From: Candidatus Poribacteria bacterium
GTDB lineage: Bacteria > Poribacteria > WGA-4E > JAJDTR01
DNA: 64,000 nucleotides
Assembly (NCBI GenBank): GCA_965222225.1
Contig: CBDCTK010000002.1
Span: forward strand, 5,248,001-5,312,000
Direction: 5' to 3'
Program-made: the position numbers and the translations under genes
Shown: positions 40,767 through 50,625 of the stretch, piece after piece
How positions within the stretch are numbered: position 1 is the first letter of the stretch
Layout of the letters: every line of letters begins with the position of its first letter
The notes under the pieces: generated by a model
What the model was told of the DNA's origin: nothing
Seen by the model: only the letters and a program-made list of their open reading frames with translations
Database searches by the model: none

Positions 40767-41585
40767 ATGATCAACTTACCAATTAACCCTGACGCGCGCC
40801 GATTGACCGAGGAAGAAAAGGAACAATTTCGCGCCTGGGGCTACATCAAGAACCTACCCGTTTTCGACAAACCTGCTATACCCGTGCTACAGCAACGCTT
40901 TAAGGAACTAGCCGCGATGTTGCCCGAAGATGTCCACATGAGTCGCGTGAATAATTGGCACAAGGCAAATCGGTATGTGTACAATTTGTGCCGAACCCCG
41001 ACAATCCTCGATTACGTTGAGGACCTGCTGGGCCCGAATTTCTTTCAGTGGGGAGCGCACTGCTTCGCAAAGTTCCCGCACGATGAGACGGTCGTCCCTT
41101 GGCATCAGGATTCACGCTATTGGCCATTGGAGCCGAAGATGACCGTGAGCGTGTGGCTTGCTCTATTCGACACGGACGAAACCAATGGCGCCATGCGCAT
41201 TGTACGGGGCAGCCACCTCTGGGAGCCTGTGGAGCACAACAGAGTAGCGAATGAAAACTACGTGCTCCATTTGGAGGCCGACCAAAAGGCAATCGATCAG
41301 GGCGAAGTGGTGACGCTGGACTTGAAAGCCGGCGAAATATCGCTGCACGACAACCGTCTACTGCACGGATCGGGTCCAAATAATTCGGATAGAATCCGAG
41401 CAGGTCAGACGATGCGATTCGCTCCGACCAACGTCAAATGCGACCTGAGCGCAGAAGGCTGGTCAACGTTTGAAAGCTATCTTGTGCGCGGCGTGGACGA
41501 ATACAACCATAACCCGGTTGGCAAAGTGCCGAGTTGGAATGGACACCCGGTCCGGGGTGGACAGGGTTCATCGGACTTCGCATAG
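40767..41585 (+). CDS. Phytanoyl-CoA dioxygenase (PhyH) family protein
   Basis: PWHQD..YW, WLAL.D...NGAM..GSH, LHD..LLHGS..N.S..R. Confidence 0.92.
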   Translation: MINLPINPDARRLTEEEKEQFRAWGYIKNLPVFDKPAIPVLQQRFKELAAMLPEDVHMSRVNNWHKANRYVYNLCRTPTILDYVEDLLGPNFFQWGAHCFAKFPHDETVVPWHQDSRYWPLEPKMTVSVWLALFDTDETNGAMRIVRGSHLWEPVEHNRVANENYVLHLEADQKAIDQGEVVTLDLKAGEISLHDNRLLHGSGPNNSDRIRAGQTMRFAPTNVKCDLSAEGWSTFESYLVRGVDEYNHNPVGKVPSWNGHPVRGGQGSSDFA

Positions 41586-41676
41586 TTTCTGCTATCGGGC
41601 ACATCTTGAACAATTCTCCGCCTTCAGTTATCTGAGGAGTTTATCTACAAAATATTTAGCATAGGGAGACGAAATT

Positions 41677-42756
41677 TTGGCTGAAACTCACAATTTTCAA
41701 GCAAGTTACCTTCACGCTGTTTCACGGCAGATATTCATGGCAGTCGAAACGCCGCGCCATATTGCCGAGACTGTTGCGGGCATCCTCGTCAACGCGAACC
41801 TCTCTGGACACGATTCGCACGGCGTGTTACGCATAACCTCGTATTTGGACATGATGGATAAGGACAGATTGCGTCCGAAGGTTGAGCCCGAAGTGGTCAA
41901 AGAAACCGACAACACCTTTGTCGTGAATGCCGGATTCGGATTCGGACACTACACCGCTCAGAAATCGATTGAGCTAGCCATTGACAAGGCAAAGCGTTTT
42001 AATATTGCCTGCGCCAGCCTCTATGATACCAGTCATATTGGACGATTGGGAGAATACGTCGAAGTAGCCGCACGCGCCGGATGCATCAGTATCGTTACCC
42101 TCGGCACCGGGCAGCGGGGCGCCTGGTCCGTCGTTCCTTTTGGCGGTGCAGTGGGAGGTTTGAGTACGAATCCGGTTGCTATCGGCTGCCCAACCGGTGA
42201 TGATTCACCGTTCGTTGCCGACATCGCCACCAGCGTGATTGCCGAAGGAAAGCTCCGTGTCGCCCGAAGTAAGGGGGAGAACGTGCCCGAAGGATATATT
42301 CTGGATAAGCACGGCAACCCGACTGTCAAAACAATGGACTTCTACGACGGCGGTTTTTTGCTGCCGTTCGGCGGTCACAAGGGCTATGCGCTATCATTGG
42401 TAACCTGCCTGCTGGGAGGATTGTCCGAAGAGTTCGACATTGAAAAAGGCAGAATGGGCGGCGTATTCATGCAGGTGATTAATGTCGAGGCTTTCACGCC
42501 TTTGGAAAAATATCAACAAGCTGTGCGGGCATTTCTCGACAACATGAAAGCGACGCCGCCGGCACCGGGTTTCAATGAAGTGCTGGTTCCGGGGGACTTT
42601 GAACATCGTTGCCGTGCTGAACGGCTGGTCAATGGCATTGATATTCCGGACACCATTCATCAGAAACTTCAGGAGCATGCGGCTGAGTTGAACATCTCTT
42701 TGGGCGGGGACATCGTTGAGCCGGGTGACATCGCGCGGTATCAGGTGAAGTCATAA
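41677..42756 (+). CDS. Ldh_2 family (malate/L-lactate/ureidoglycolate/sulfolactate type) dehydrogenase
   Basis: GHDSHG, HIGRLG.Y, TNP, D.ATS..A.GK, PFGGHKGY, VPG. Confidence 0.92.
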   Translation: MAETHNFQASYLHAVSRQIFMAVETPRHIAETVAGILVNANLSGHDSHGVLRITSYLDMMDKDRLRPKVEPEVVKETDNTFVVNAGFGFGHYTAQKSIELAIDKAKRFNIACASLYDTSHIGRLGEYVEVAARAGCISIVTLGTGQRGAWSVVPFGGAVGGLSTNPVAIGCPTGDDSPFVADIATSVIAEGKLRVARSKGENVPEGYILDKHGNPTVKTMDFYDGGFLLPFGGHKGYALSLVTCLLGGLSEEFDIEKGRMGGVFMQVINVEAFTPLEKYQQAVRAFLDNMKATPPAPGFNEVLVPGDFEHRCRAERLVNGIDIPDTIHQKLQEHAAELNISLGGDIVEPGDIARYQVKS

Positions 42757-42831
42757 TGTGGGTACATCCCCGAACAATCCGGTGAAAGATGGCGCATCGG
42801 AGACAGAGTTACGTCAAATAGGAAACAGATC

Positions 42832-43917
42832 TTGGTTGAAACGCATAACTTCACCGCAAGCCACCTTCATGCAATCACCCGGCAGATTTTCATGGGGGCA
42901 GGGGCGCCCCGCCATATCGCCGACAGCGTGGCAGGAGTCTTGGTCAATGCGAATCTTTCGGGACACGACTCGCACGGCGTCCTCCGTATCCCGCAGTACT
43001 TCGGTTGGATAGCCGACGGTTCCTTGCAGCCCGCTGCCGAGCCAAGGGTGGTGAAAGAGACGCCAAATTCGCTGCTGGTAGATGGAGGTCAAGGGTTTGG
43101 ACACTATGCCTCCCTAAAGACTATCCACATGGCAATCGAGAAAGCGCAGACCGGTAATGTGGCATGTGCCAACCTCGTTCACATGAGCCACATCGGGCGG
43201 TTGGGGGAATACGCGGAGGCCGCGGCGCGCGCGGGCTGCATCGGCATCATTACGTGCGGTGTCGGCCTTGGTTGTACGACCCCCACTCGCGTTGTGCCTT
43301 TCGGCGGGGCGATTGGCAAGCTAGACACAAATGCGATTGCCATCGGTGTTCCGACGGGCGCCGAGGCGCCGTTTATCGCCGATTTTGCGACAAGTGTCGT
43401 AGCTGAGGGAAAAGTTCGAGTCGCCCTCAGCAAAAATCTCGATCTCGCGGAAGGCTGCATCCTTGATAAATACGGCAACGCGACCGTTAAGCCCGCCGAC
43501 TTTTTCGACGGTGGCTGGTTACTCCCGCTCGGGAGGCACAAAGGCTACGCGCTTTCGTTAATAACGTGTCTCTTGGGAGGATTGTCACCTGACATTGACC
43601 TCGGAGTAGACGGCATGAACGGCGCGTTTATGCAGGTGATAAACGTTCAAGCCTTTACGCCATTAGAGGTCTATCAGCGGGCAGTACGCGCGTTCCTTGG
43701 TGGCATGAGGGAGACGCCCCCGGCACCTGGGTTTGATGAGGTGTTGGTACCTGGCGATCTGTCGCATCGCCGCCGCGTAGAGCGGCTAACCAACGGCATT
43801 GAGTTGCCGGAGACAACGCATCGACATATTCAAGACGCCGCCGCGCAATTGGGCGTCTCCTTGTCCGAAGATATCGTTGAGACGAAGGACATTGAGCAGT
43901 ATCAAGCGGTTTCATAA
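42832..43917 (+). CDS. Ldh_2 family dehydrogenase (tandem paralogue)
   Basis: Same motifs; closely collinear with 41677-42756. Confidence 0.92.
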   Translation: MVETHNFTASHLHAITRQIFMGAGAPRHIADSVAGVLVNANLSGHDSHGVLRIPQYFGWIADGSLQPAAEPRVVKETPNSLLVDGGQGFGHYASLKTIHMAIEKAQTGNVACANLVHMSHIGRLGEYAEAAARAGCIGIITCGVGLGCTTPTRVVPFGGAIGKLDTNAIAIGVPTGAEAPFIADFATSVVAEGKVRVALSKNLDLAEGCILDKYGNATVKPADFFDGGWLLPLGRHKGYALSLITCLLGGLSPDIDLGVDGMNGAFMQVINVQAFTPLEVYQRAVRAFLGGMRETPPAPGFDEVLVPGDLSHRRRVERLTNGIELPETTHRHIQDAAAQLGVSLSEDIVETKDIEQYQAVS

Positions 43918-44156
43918 GAGAAAACTAACTTAGCTAAAGGGATTCACTAACATCGTCTAGTAGTGAATGCTTCGTTGTAAATGCATTTCTTAGGCGCCAA
44001 TCCATCTTAATCACATCACCGAAACGTACCTGCCAACAGGATGCTGATTCGACAAAGCGTTCTTGTTCCAACTCAATCCGGTCTGCGGTTTCCCTAGAGA
44101 TTGAGTTCTTTCCTCCGCAGACAGGTCAGTACGCGGCGCGCGATAGGAGATCGCAC

Positions 44157-44487
44157 ATGAGAGCCGGAGTTGCCGTTGGAGATTAGCGCCGTCATGCTGG
44201 TAACGGAATGGTGCCTCGCAACGCTGCAATACGAGATGTTCTGCGAGTACGAGCTGTGGGTTGATGAAAATGCGCCGTTTGACTACACGATGACCTTTGC
44301 CTACACAAATAGCGAAAAGACGTATGTCGGAATGGACGAGGAGTTGGCGCGAGACGAAAAAGGCGGTTGCGAGGTGGGTTCTTTCCCCTCACTGTGGGCG
44401 CACAATGTGCGTTCGCTGCATACCTCGCTTGCCGTTGGAATTGAGGGAATGATTAAAGACGGAATCGCATCACTTTTGGAGGATTGA
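44157..44487 (+). pseudogene. Internally deleted neutral/alkaline-ceramidase-like gene
   Basis: AGGAG SD + MRAGVA joined out of frame via GTTGCC (44169-44174) to a C-terminal part LPLEI..EMFCEY...AYTN...YV...GGCE. Confidence 0.6.
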
Positions 44488-44518
44488 GAGACAGTCCGAT
44501 AAAGAGGAGTTAGAAACC

Positions 44519-44764
44519 ATGGTACAGACAATGGCTGAGCATCTCATTGAACAAGGTGAAAAACGCGGTGAGACACGAGGTGAAACACGAGCGAAACAAG
44601 CAGCAGTCGTCAAACTGCTGCAGTTGAGATTTAATGAGGTTCCCGAATCCGTTACCAACCAGATTACCTTGATACAGGATTTCTCCCGTCTTGATGCGCC
44701 GTTTGAGAAAGCACTGGCTGCACGGACGCTGGATGAAATTGATTTGCAAAACCACGATGGCTAA
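44519..44764 (+). CDS. Rpn-family (recombination-promoting nuclease) C-terminal module / DUF4351-like small protein
   Basis: GAGGAG SD; M.QTMAEHLIEQGEKRGETRGETRAK..LLQLRF..VP. Confidence 0.65.
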   Translation: MVQTMAEHLIEQGEKRGETRGETRAKQAAVVKLLQLRFNEVPESVTNQITLIQDFSRLDAPFEKALAARTLDEIDLQNHDG

Positions 44765-44879
44765 GAACTTACGGAACAGGCTCTCAGCGTTAGCAGTTCC
44801 GGCAGTCAAGCATGGCGTTGTAATGGAACTCACGGTTGTCTTCACGGCAGAAGTCGATTAATCTTGATAAATTTCGAAA

Positions 44880-47800
44880 ATGGACATCATCCAGGAACTC
44901 AATGAGAAACAGGGACAGGCGGTAACCGATAAAGACGGCGCAATTTTGGTTGTGGCAGGTCCGGGCACGGGCAAAACAATGGTTATCACCCACAGAATCG
45001 CCCACCTCATCCACCACCACGGCGTGCCGCCGGAGCAAATCCTCGCTGTCACCTTTACCAATAAAGCCGCGCAAGAAATGCTCGACCGAATCAAGGATTT
45101 ACTCGGCACAACCCAGGGATTAGACGTTAAGATTCATACCTTCCACGCCTTCTGCGTTGGCTTGCTGCGAGAACACGCGCAGGAAATCGGGTTAAACAAG
45201 AACTTTACGATTTTCGATCAGGAGACACAGAATGAAGTCCTGATTGAATGCCTGCGAGAGTTGAAACTGAACCGACTCGACTACCCGCCCTGGCAGTTGC
45301 GCGACATCATCGGGGGGTATAAGGTGAAGTTGGAAAATCCGCTCGCTGCAGACGGTGAAATGCCCGAGATTCGTACAAGAGATGGCGACGTGATTGACGA
45401 CCCGTCCGCCATCCAAAATATCGTCGACCTAATCAAAGCATATCGGAGCAAACTCGCCGCCCATTCCGCCCTCGACTTTGATGATCTGCTCTCCAAGACT
45501 GTCGAAGTGCTTCAGAAAACACCCACCGTCCGTGCAAAATACCATCGCGACATCCGCTATATCCTAGTCGATGAATATCAGGACATCAATGCCGTCCAGT
45601 ATGAACTTCTGAAATTATTGTGCCGCGTACCCGAGCGTAATTTGATGGTAGTCGCCGATGAAAATCAGTCGATTTATAGTTGGCGTGGCTCCATGCCGGA
45701 ATACATAGAGAAATTCAAGACCGATTTCCAACCAACCGTCGTGGCATTGGAAGAGCACTATCGTTGTACCGAGAAAATTCTGCGGGCGGCACAGACGGTG
45801 ATTTCCAAGAATACCCGCCAGGAAAGGAGTACCCTGAAGACACATCGGGGCGCGGGGCACTCCCTTTTCCACTATACATTGGGTGATCCAAACGAAGAGG
45901 CGTCGCACATTGCCAGGCTCATCCGCCAACTCGTAAATGAACGGCACTACTCTTATGGAGATATCGCCATCTTTTACCGGACGCATCAGCTCGCGGAGGC
46001 GCTGGCGGATCGGTTATATTACGAGGGGATTCAGTTTCAGCGTGTCGGACGAGAAAACTCGTTCCAAGAGACACACGCACAAGATATTTCGTCCTATCTA
46101 AGTTTTATCCAGTGGCGCCTCCCGCGCGATCTTGAACGGGCGCTCAATTTTCCGCAACAGTTGATTGACGATCTTACGCTCGCGCGGCTCAAATGGTTGG
46201 CGCAGCGTGATAAACTGACGCTGGTTGAACTGCTCGAAAAGATTGAAAACTATCCGGAAGATGTTGGCCCCTTGACACGCCGGAACATCCGCCAGTTCCT
46301 CGGAGAAATTGATGCCTTTGCCGAAGAAATCAGAGGCGAAAAAATTGCCAAAGTTGTGTCGAAACTGTTTAATCTGCTTGAAAGCCGTCGCTCGTCCTAT
46401 CGCGATGAAGAGATTCGACAAATTGAAGAGTGGGACGAAATCCCATATCTCAGGGTGGCTGCGGACGCTTTGTACAGCGCGATACAGCGCGGTGAGTCGG
46501 TGCGAATCACGGCTACCAATGAGATTGATTCCTGCTGTGCCGCACACATCGTTCATCAGACAATGGAGCACTATCTTGACTGCGACGTTTGTATAGAATT
46601 TTTGCCCTTGGAGGACGAAATACCCGAAATCGACAACGATAGCATAAATGTAATGATTGGTCGGTTTTCGGCTTTGCCCGAGGCAACTGGAACAGTAATT
46701 CTCATCGCATCCGAGCCAGAGTACAGCGCGAATGTGATTCAGTTAGGACGAAACGAAGAGCCGGATAAAAATCCGGAAATTGCCAAGAGTGTCATCGCGC
46801 TGAAACTATGTCAGCGAGTGGTTGGCTACTTTGAAACCCCGAATTTCGCCGACATGATTGTCTACGACCTCGAAACCACCGACTACAATCACAGGCGGGC
46901 GGAGATTGTCGAAATCGCCGCCAAGCGGCTCAGCATTATCGGGAGTGAACTCGAACGATACCATCAATTGGTCAAACCCTCGCGCGCTATTCCCGCGTCG
47001 AGCACCCGCGTTCACGGTATCGACAACGAAACGGTCAAAAATGAACCGAGTATCGAAGCGGTGCTTCCAAGCTTTCTCAGTTTTATCCAAGACCGCATTC
47101 TCATCGGTCATAATGTAATTGAGTTTGACAATATGGTCTTGGAACGCGAACTCAGGCGATTGGATATCGGCTTATCAAACCCTTGCTACGATACCCTCGT
47201 CACCGCTCAACGGCTTTATCCGCGCGAGTCCTGTAAACTTGAGGCGCTTTCTGAAAAATTCGGTATTGAACACGATACCATGCACCGAGCGATTGAGGAC
47301 GTACAGGTGAACCACCGTGTGTTTGAGGAGCTAATCAAGGTTAATCTCCGCCATCGCGAGGTGCGCTCATTGACAGAGTTTTTGCCGTTTGTGGGAGTCG
47401 GGATCCTCGCAAGTCGGGCGGGGCGCTGGGAAACTGAAGGCTCTGAGAATGCCCTGAACGATGAACAACCGTCGGATGCCATAGGAGCCTTTCTTCAAGC
47501 ATCTGCACGATACGTGCAACACCATCGTCCTGAGGCGGGTAAGTTGTTGTCATCCATGGGATCTACGGAGATAGAGAAAATTGGAGAATTTTTTCAAACA
47601 CTCCGAAAAACCACGCTCCCGAATTTTCCGGAAGATGGAGATTGGGAAAATAGGCGGGCAAAATTCATGAACGGCGTTATACAATTCGAGAGGAATAGCC
47701 GTGAAAAGGAAATTTCTGGTTTCCTTGATTATCAAAAGTTAATCAATAGCGCCGACGAAACAGAGAGCGAAACCGACAAGATTACGTTGATGACCCTTCA

Positions 47801-48068
47801 TGCGGCAAAGGGAACAGAGTTTCGAGTGGTCATCGTGACAGGAATGGAAGAGGGAACGTTCCCCATTAGGCGCAAAGACCAGTCGTTGGCGGAAATTGAA
47901 GAAGAACGCCGATTGTTCTATGTCGGCATGACGCGAGCCAAGGATCGACTCTATCTCACCTCTGTTGTCCGTCGTCACGGCGATTTAGAACGCGTGCCCT
48001 CCATGTTCACTCGCGAAATTCCATCGAACCTTATCAATCGATGGTCGCCGCGCGGTTTGAGGCATTGA
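44880..48068 (+). CDS. UvrD/PcrA-family helicase with an inserted DEDDh (DnaQ-like) 3'-5' exonuclease domain
   Basis: AGPGTGKT, TFTNKAA, VDEYQD, QSIYSWRG, HYR; DLETT, HN..FD, HRAIED; then TLHAAKGTEF and EERRLFYVGMTRAK. Confidence 0.92.
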   Translation: MDIIQELNEKQGQAVTDKDGAILVVAGPGTGKTMVITHRIAHLIHHHGVPPEQILAVTFTNKAAQEMLDRIKDLLGTTQGLDVKIHTFHAFCVGLLREHAQEIGLNKNFTIFDQETQNEVLIECLRELKLNRLDYPPWQLRDIIGGYKVKLENPLAADGEMPEIRTRDGDVIDDPSAIQNIVDLIKAYRSKLAAHSALDFDDLLSKTVEVLQKTPTVRAKYHRDIRYILVDEYQDINAVQYELLKLLCRVPERNLMVVADENQSIYSWRGSMPEYIEKFKTDFQPTVVALEEHYRCTEKILRAAQTVISKNTRQERSTLKTHRGAGHSLFHYTLGDPNEEASHIARLIRQLVNERHYSYGDIAIFYRTHQLAEALADRLYYEGIQFQRVGRENSFQETHAQDISSYLSFIQWRLPRDLERALNFPQQLIDDLTLARLKWLAQRDKLTLVELLEKIENYPEDVGPLTRRNIRQFLGEIDAFAEEIRGEKIAKVVSKLFNLLESRRSSYRDEEIRQIEEWDEIPYLRVAADALYSAIQRGESVRITATNEIDSCCAAHIVHQTMEHYLDCDVCIEFLPLEDEIPEIDNDSINVMIGRFSALPEATGTVILIASEPEYSANVIQLGRNEEPDKNPEIAKSVIALKLCQRVVGYFETPNFADMIVYDLETTDYNHRRAEIVEIAAKRLSIIGSELERYHQLVKPSRAIPASSTRVHGIDNETVKNEPSIEAVLPSFLSFIQDRILIGHNVIEFDNMVLERELRRLDIGLSNPCYDTLVTAQRLYPRESCKLEALSEKFGIEHDTMHRAIEDVQVNHRVFEELIKVNLRHREVRSLTEFLPFVGVGILASRAGRWETEGSENALNDEQPSDAIGAFLQASARYVQHHRPEAGKLLSSMGSTEIEKIGEFFQTLRKTTLPNFPEDGDWENRRAKFMNGVIQFERNSREKEISGFLDYQKLINSADETESETDKITLMTLHAAKGTEFRVVIVTGMEEGTFPIRRKDQSLAEIEEERRLFYVGMTRAKDRLYLTSVVRRHGDLERVPSMFTREIPSNLINRWSPRGLRH

Positions 48069-48127
48069 TTTACATCCAAACTGTCCTTGAGAGTATTCGC
48101 ACATAGGTATGTTATATTTCGCCACCT

Positions 48128-48200
48128 GTAGGAGCGATCTCCCGATCGCGACCTCCTGTTACGACAAAATTCAGGAATCGCGAGCAAAACTCGCTCCTAC
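48128..48200 (+). repeat. Inverted GTAG REP doublet (REPIN-like)
   Basis: gtaggagcgatctcccgatcgcgac ... tcgcgagcaaaactcgctcctac. Confidence 0.75.
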
Positions 48201-48302
48201 TGAAAACGCACAGTGAACTGCAGTATTACAAACCGAAGTTTGTAAGTTTTATCTTCGGTTAGATTTACCAAACGTCTCAGCGTTTCACGCGGAAGAATCA
48301 GC

Positions 48303-49073
48303 ATGTTCGACTTACAGAACAGAGTTGCGTTCATCACCGGCGGAGCGCGTGGGATTGGACGCGGGTGCGCGCTTGAGATGGCAAAATGCGGCGCCGACAT
48401 CGTCATCTACGACAAGGGGAATCGGGAGGCGGCAGCGGAAACCGTCGAAATGATTCGCCAAGTTGGCGGAGAGGCGATTATTGTGGTTGGTGATGTTACT
48501 GATCGGAATGCTGTGGAGGCGGGCGTTCAACAAAGCATTGACCGTTTCGGCAAGATTGACATCCTCGTAAGCAACGCCGGAAGCAGTATCCGAAACCCAT
48601 TTCTGGAACTCTCCGCTGAGGACGCCGCTCAAACGATTAATGTTTGCATGTGGGGAGTGTTCCATTGCACTCAGATTGTTGCAAGGCACATGGTCGCGCG
48701 TGATGGAGGCGGAAAGATCCTAATCATCAGTTCCGTCCACGCCTTCATTCCGTTTGGGAATTCCGTTCCGTACAACACGGCGAAAGCGGGCATCATCAAC
48801 ATGGGAAACACAATAGCAACCGAGCTCGCACAACATCGCATCAACGTGAACGTCATTGAGCCCGGTTGGACGGACACACCCGGAGAACGGAACTATTCGA
48901 CCCGGGAGGAGCAGCGGGAAGGCGCGAAGAAATTACCTTGGGGACGGCTGGGAACGATTGAGGATATTGGGAAGTCGGCTGCGTTTCTGTGTTCGGACGC
49001 AGCCGACTACATCACCGGCGCCACGCTCCGCGTTGACGGCGGATACTGGTTGCCACGGTATCCGTCAGAGTAG
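48303..49073 (+). CDS. SDR family oxidoreductase (glucose-1-dehydrogenase-like)
   Basis: TGGARGIG, SNAG, SSVH, YNTAK, ITGATLRVDGG. Confidence 0.92.
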   Translation: MFDLQNRVAFITGGARGIGRGCALEMAKCGADIVIYDKGNREAAAETVEMIRQVGGEAIIVVGDVTDRNAVEAGVQQSIDRFGKIDILVSNAGSSIRNPFLELSAEDAAQTINVCMWGVFHCTQIVARHMVARDGGGKILIISSVHAFIPFGNSVPYNTAKAGIINMGNTIATELAQHRINVNVIEPGWTDTPGERNYSTREEQREGAKKLPWGRLGTIEDIGKSAAFLCSDAADYITGATLRVDGGYWLPRYPSE

Positions 49074-49106
49074 AAGACCATAGGATAGGTTGTCGAGATA
49101 CTGCAC

Positions 49107-49185
49107 GATCAAGCGAGCGAATAGCGAGTGCGATAGAGATCCTAAGGCGATAGTAAATCCCTTAGTGAGGGCGATAGAAATCACC
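49107..49185 (+). repeat. Micro-element with two additional stacked 3' ends
   Basis: gatcaagcgagcgaatagcgagtgcgatagagatcct-aaggcgatagtaaatccct-tagtgagggcgatagaaatc. Confidence 0.8.
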
Positions 49186-49234
49186 TCATTGCGCGTCTCG
49201 AATCGGCTGTAACATTTGGATTTTTGAAATCGTA

Positions 49235-50281
49235 TTAAACCTCCGGTACCGGGACACGATAGGATTCGGCAATTTCTACCAAACGCTTCCAGGTTTTCTC
49301 TTCGATTGGAATCCCTTCCTTCATGCGTTGGGCGCGGCTATGCGCCTCAAATTCGCCGGGAACGTAGATTTCATCCACGCCGGGAAGCCTGTTCGAGGAT
49401 TTGACCCACTCAACCATATACTCTATCTCCTCGGTGTAGGTGTCGAGATCGATGAAATCCTGTATTTTCATGACAATCATCACAATTCCGCTCCCGCCGC
49501 GAGTTGGTTCGTCGCGGCTGCACCCCGCCCATGAGAGTCCACCGGCAATTGCATCAATCATGAATCCCAAACCAAAACCTTTATGCCCGAATTGGAAGCC
49601 CCCCAGCGGCATCACCGCCGTATCCTCTACCCTGTCATTAAACGCGCTCGGATCCGTAACCGGGTTACCCTCCGAATCAATCATCCAGCCCTCCGGCATC
49701 TCCTGGTCGCGTGCCGATTTGATGGCGATTTTGCCGCCAGCCACGACGCTAAGCGTCATATCAAGCATTAGCGGTTCACCGTGCTTGCGAGGGACGGCAA
49801 TCGCTATTGGATTGGGGGGCAACCGTCGTGAAGTTCCCCCGAACGGGTGCATGAAGCGGTTGCCGCCGTTGAGCAGGACGATACCAATCATCCCTTCCTC
49901 CGCAGCCTGAGGTGGGTAGGTTCCCATACGTCCGGCATGACCGCAGTTGTATAGCGCTACTGCTCCCAGCGTTCTCGATTTCGCCTTTTCGATGGCGAGA
50001 TCCATGGCTTTCTTCGCCGCCACCATGCCAAGCGCATCGTTGACATTGATAACGGCGCTGGCGGGGGTTTCACGGACAATTTCCATCCGCTCCTCCGACG
50101 GTCCCGCTTTCATCGTGTCTATGTAAAAATCGGTGCGCATCACGCCGTGCGAGTCGTGACCCATAAGATTGGAATCGCAGAGGTGATCGCTGACAATTCG
50201 CGCATCCTCCTCCACCGCGCCGACGTTGATATAGATGTTGTACACCATCTCCTTAAGTGCTGCGTATGGAACATGAACCAT
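49235..50281 (-). CDS. Ldh_2 family dehydrogenase (third copy)
   Basis: GHDSHG, HAGRMG.Y, PNP, DM..S.VAGGK, GHKGFGL, VPGE. Confidence 0.9.
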   Translation of the reverse strand: MVHVPYAALKEMVYNIYINVGAVEEDARIVSDHLCDSNLMGHDSHGVMRTDFYIDTMKAGPSEERMEIVRETPASAVINVNDALGMVAAKKAMDLAIEKAKSRTLGAVALYNCGHAGRMGTYPPQAAEEGMIGIVLLNGGNRFMHPFGGTSRRLPPNPIAIAVPRKHGEPLMLDMTLSVVAGGKIAIKSARDQEMPEGWMIDSEGNPVTDPSAFNDRVEDTAVMPLGGFQFGHKGFGLGFMIDAIAGGLSWAGCSRDEPTRGGSGIVMIVMKIQDFIDLDTYTEEIEYMVEWVKSSNRLPGVDEIYVPGEFEAHSRAQRMKEGIPIEEKTWKRLVEIAESYRVPVPEV

Positions 50282-50398
50282 AAAAATTTCTCCCTTCACA
50301 GTAGTAGGCATACTCCGTATGCCGTACTCCGCCTTCCTTGTAAAGTCCTAAAATAGGTTTACAGATTTTATTACGCATTACTCTTCACGTATTACCCC

Positions 50399-50584
50399 TT
50401 AAATTACCGGCACGATTTCTACGTCCGAACGTTTGGCGAACTGATCAACCGCACCGTTGAAAACACCTCTGCTGCCACGAACCAAATCCTCGCCGCGAGT
50501 CACGCTAAAGTTCTCATACGTCGTAGGATTGGGGTGAGACGAATTGGTTTCCTGAAAGTAGTGGGCAACAATGATTTTAGGCGT
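50399..50584 (-). pseudogene. N-terminal remnant of an M81/MlrC-family metallopeptidase
   Basis: AAGGAG SD, ACG in place of ATG, then PKIIVAHYFQETNSSHPNPTTYENF..GEDLV...VEIVPVI*. Confidence 0.6.
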
Positions 50585-50625
50585 GACGTTCTCCTTGATT
50601 CAGGTTCGGGTTCCTGATACCAATT

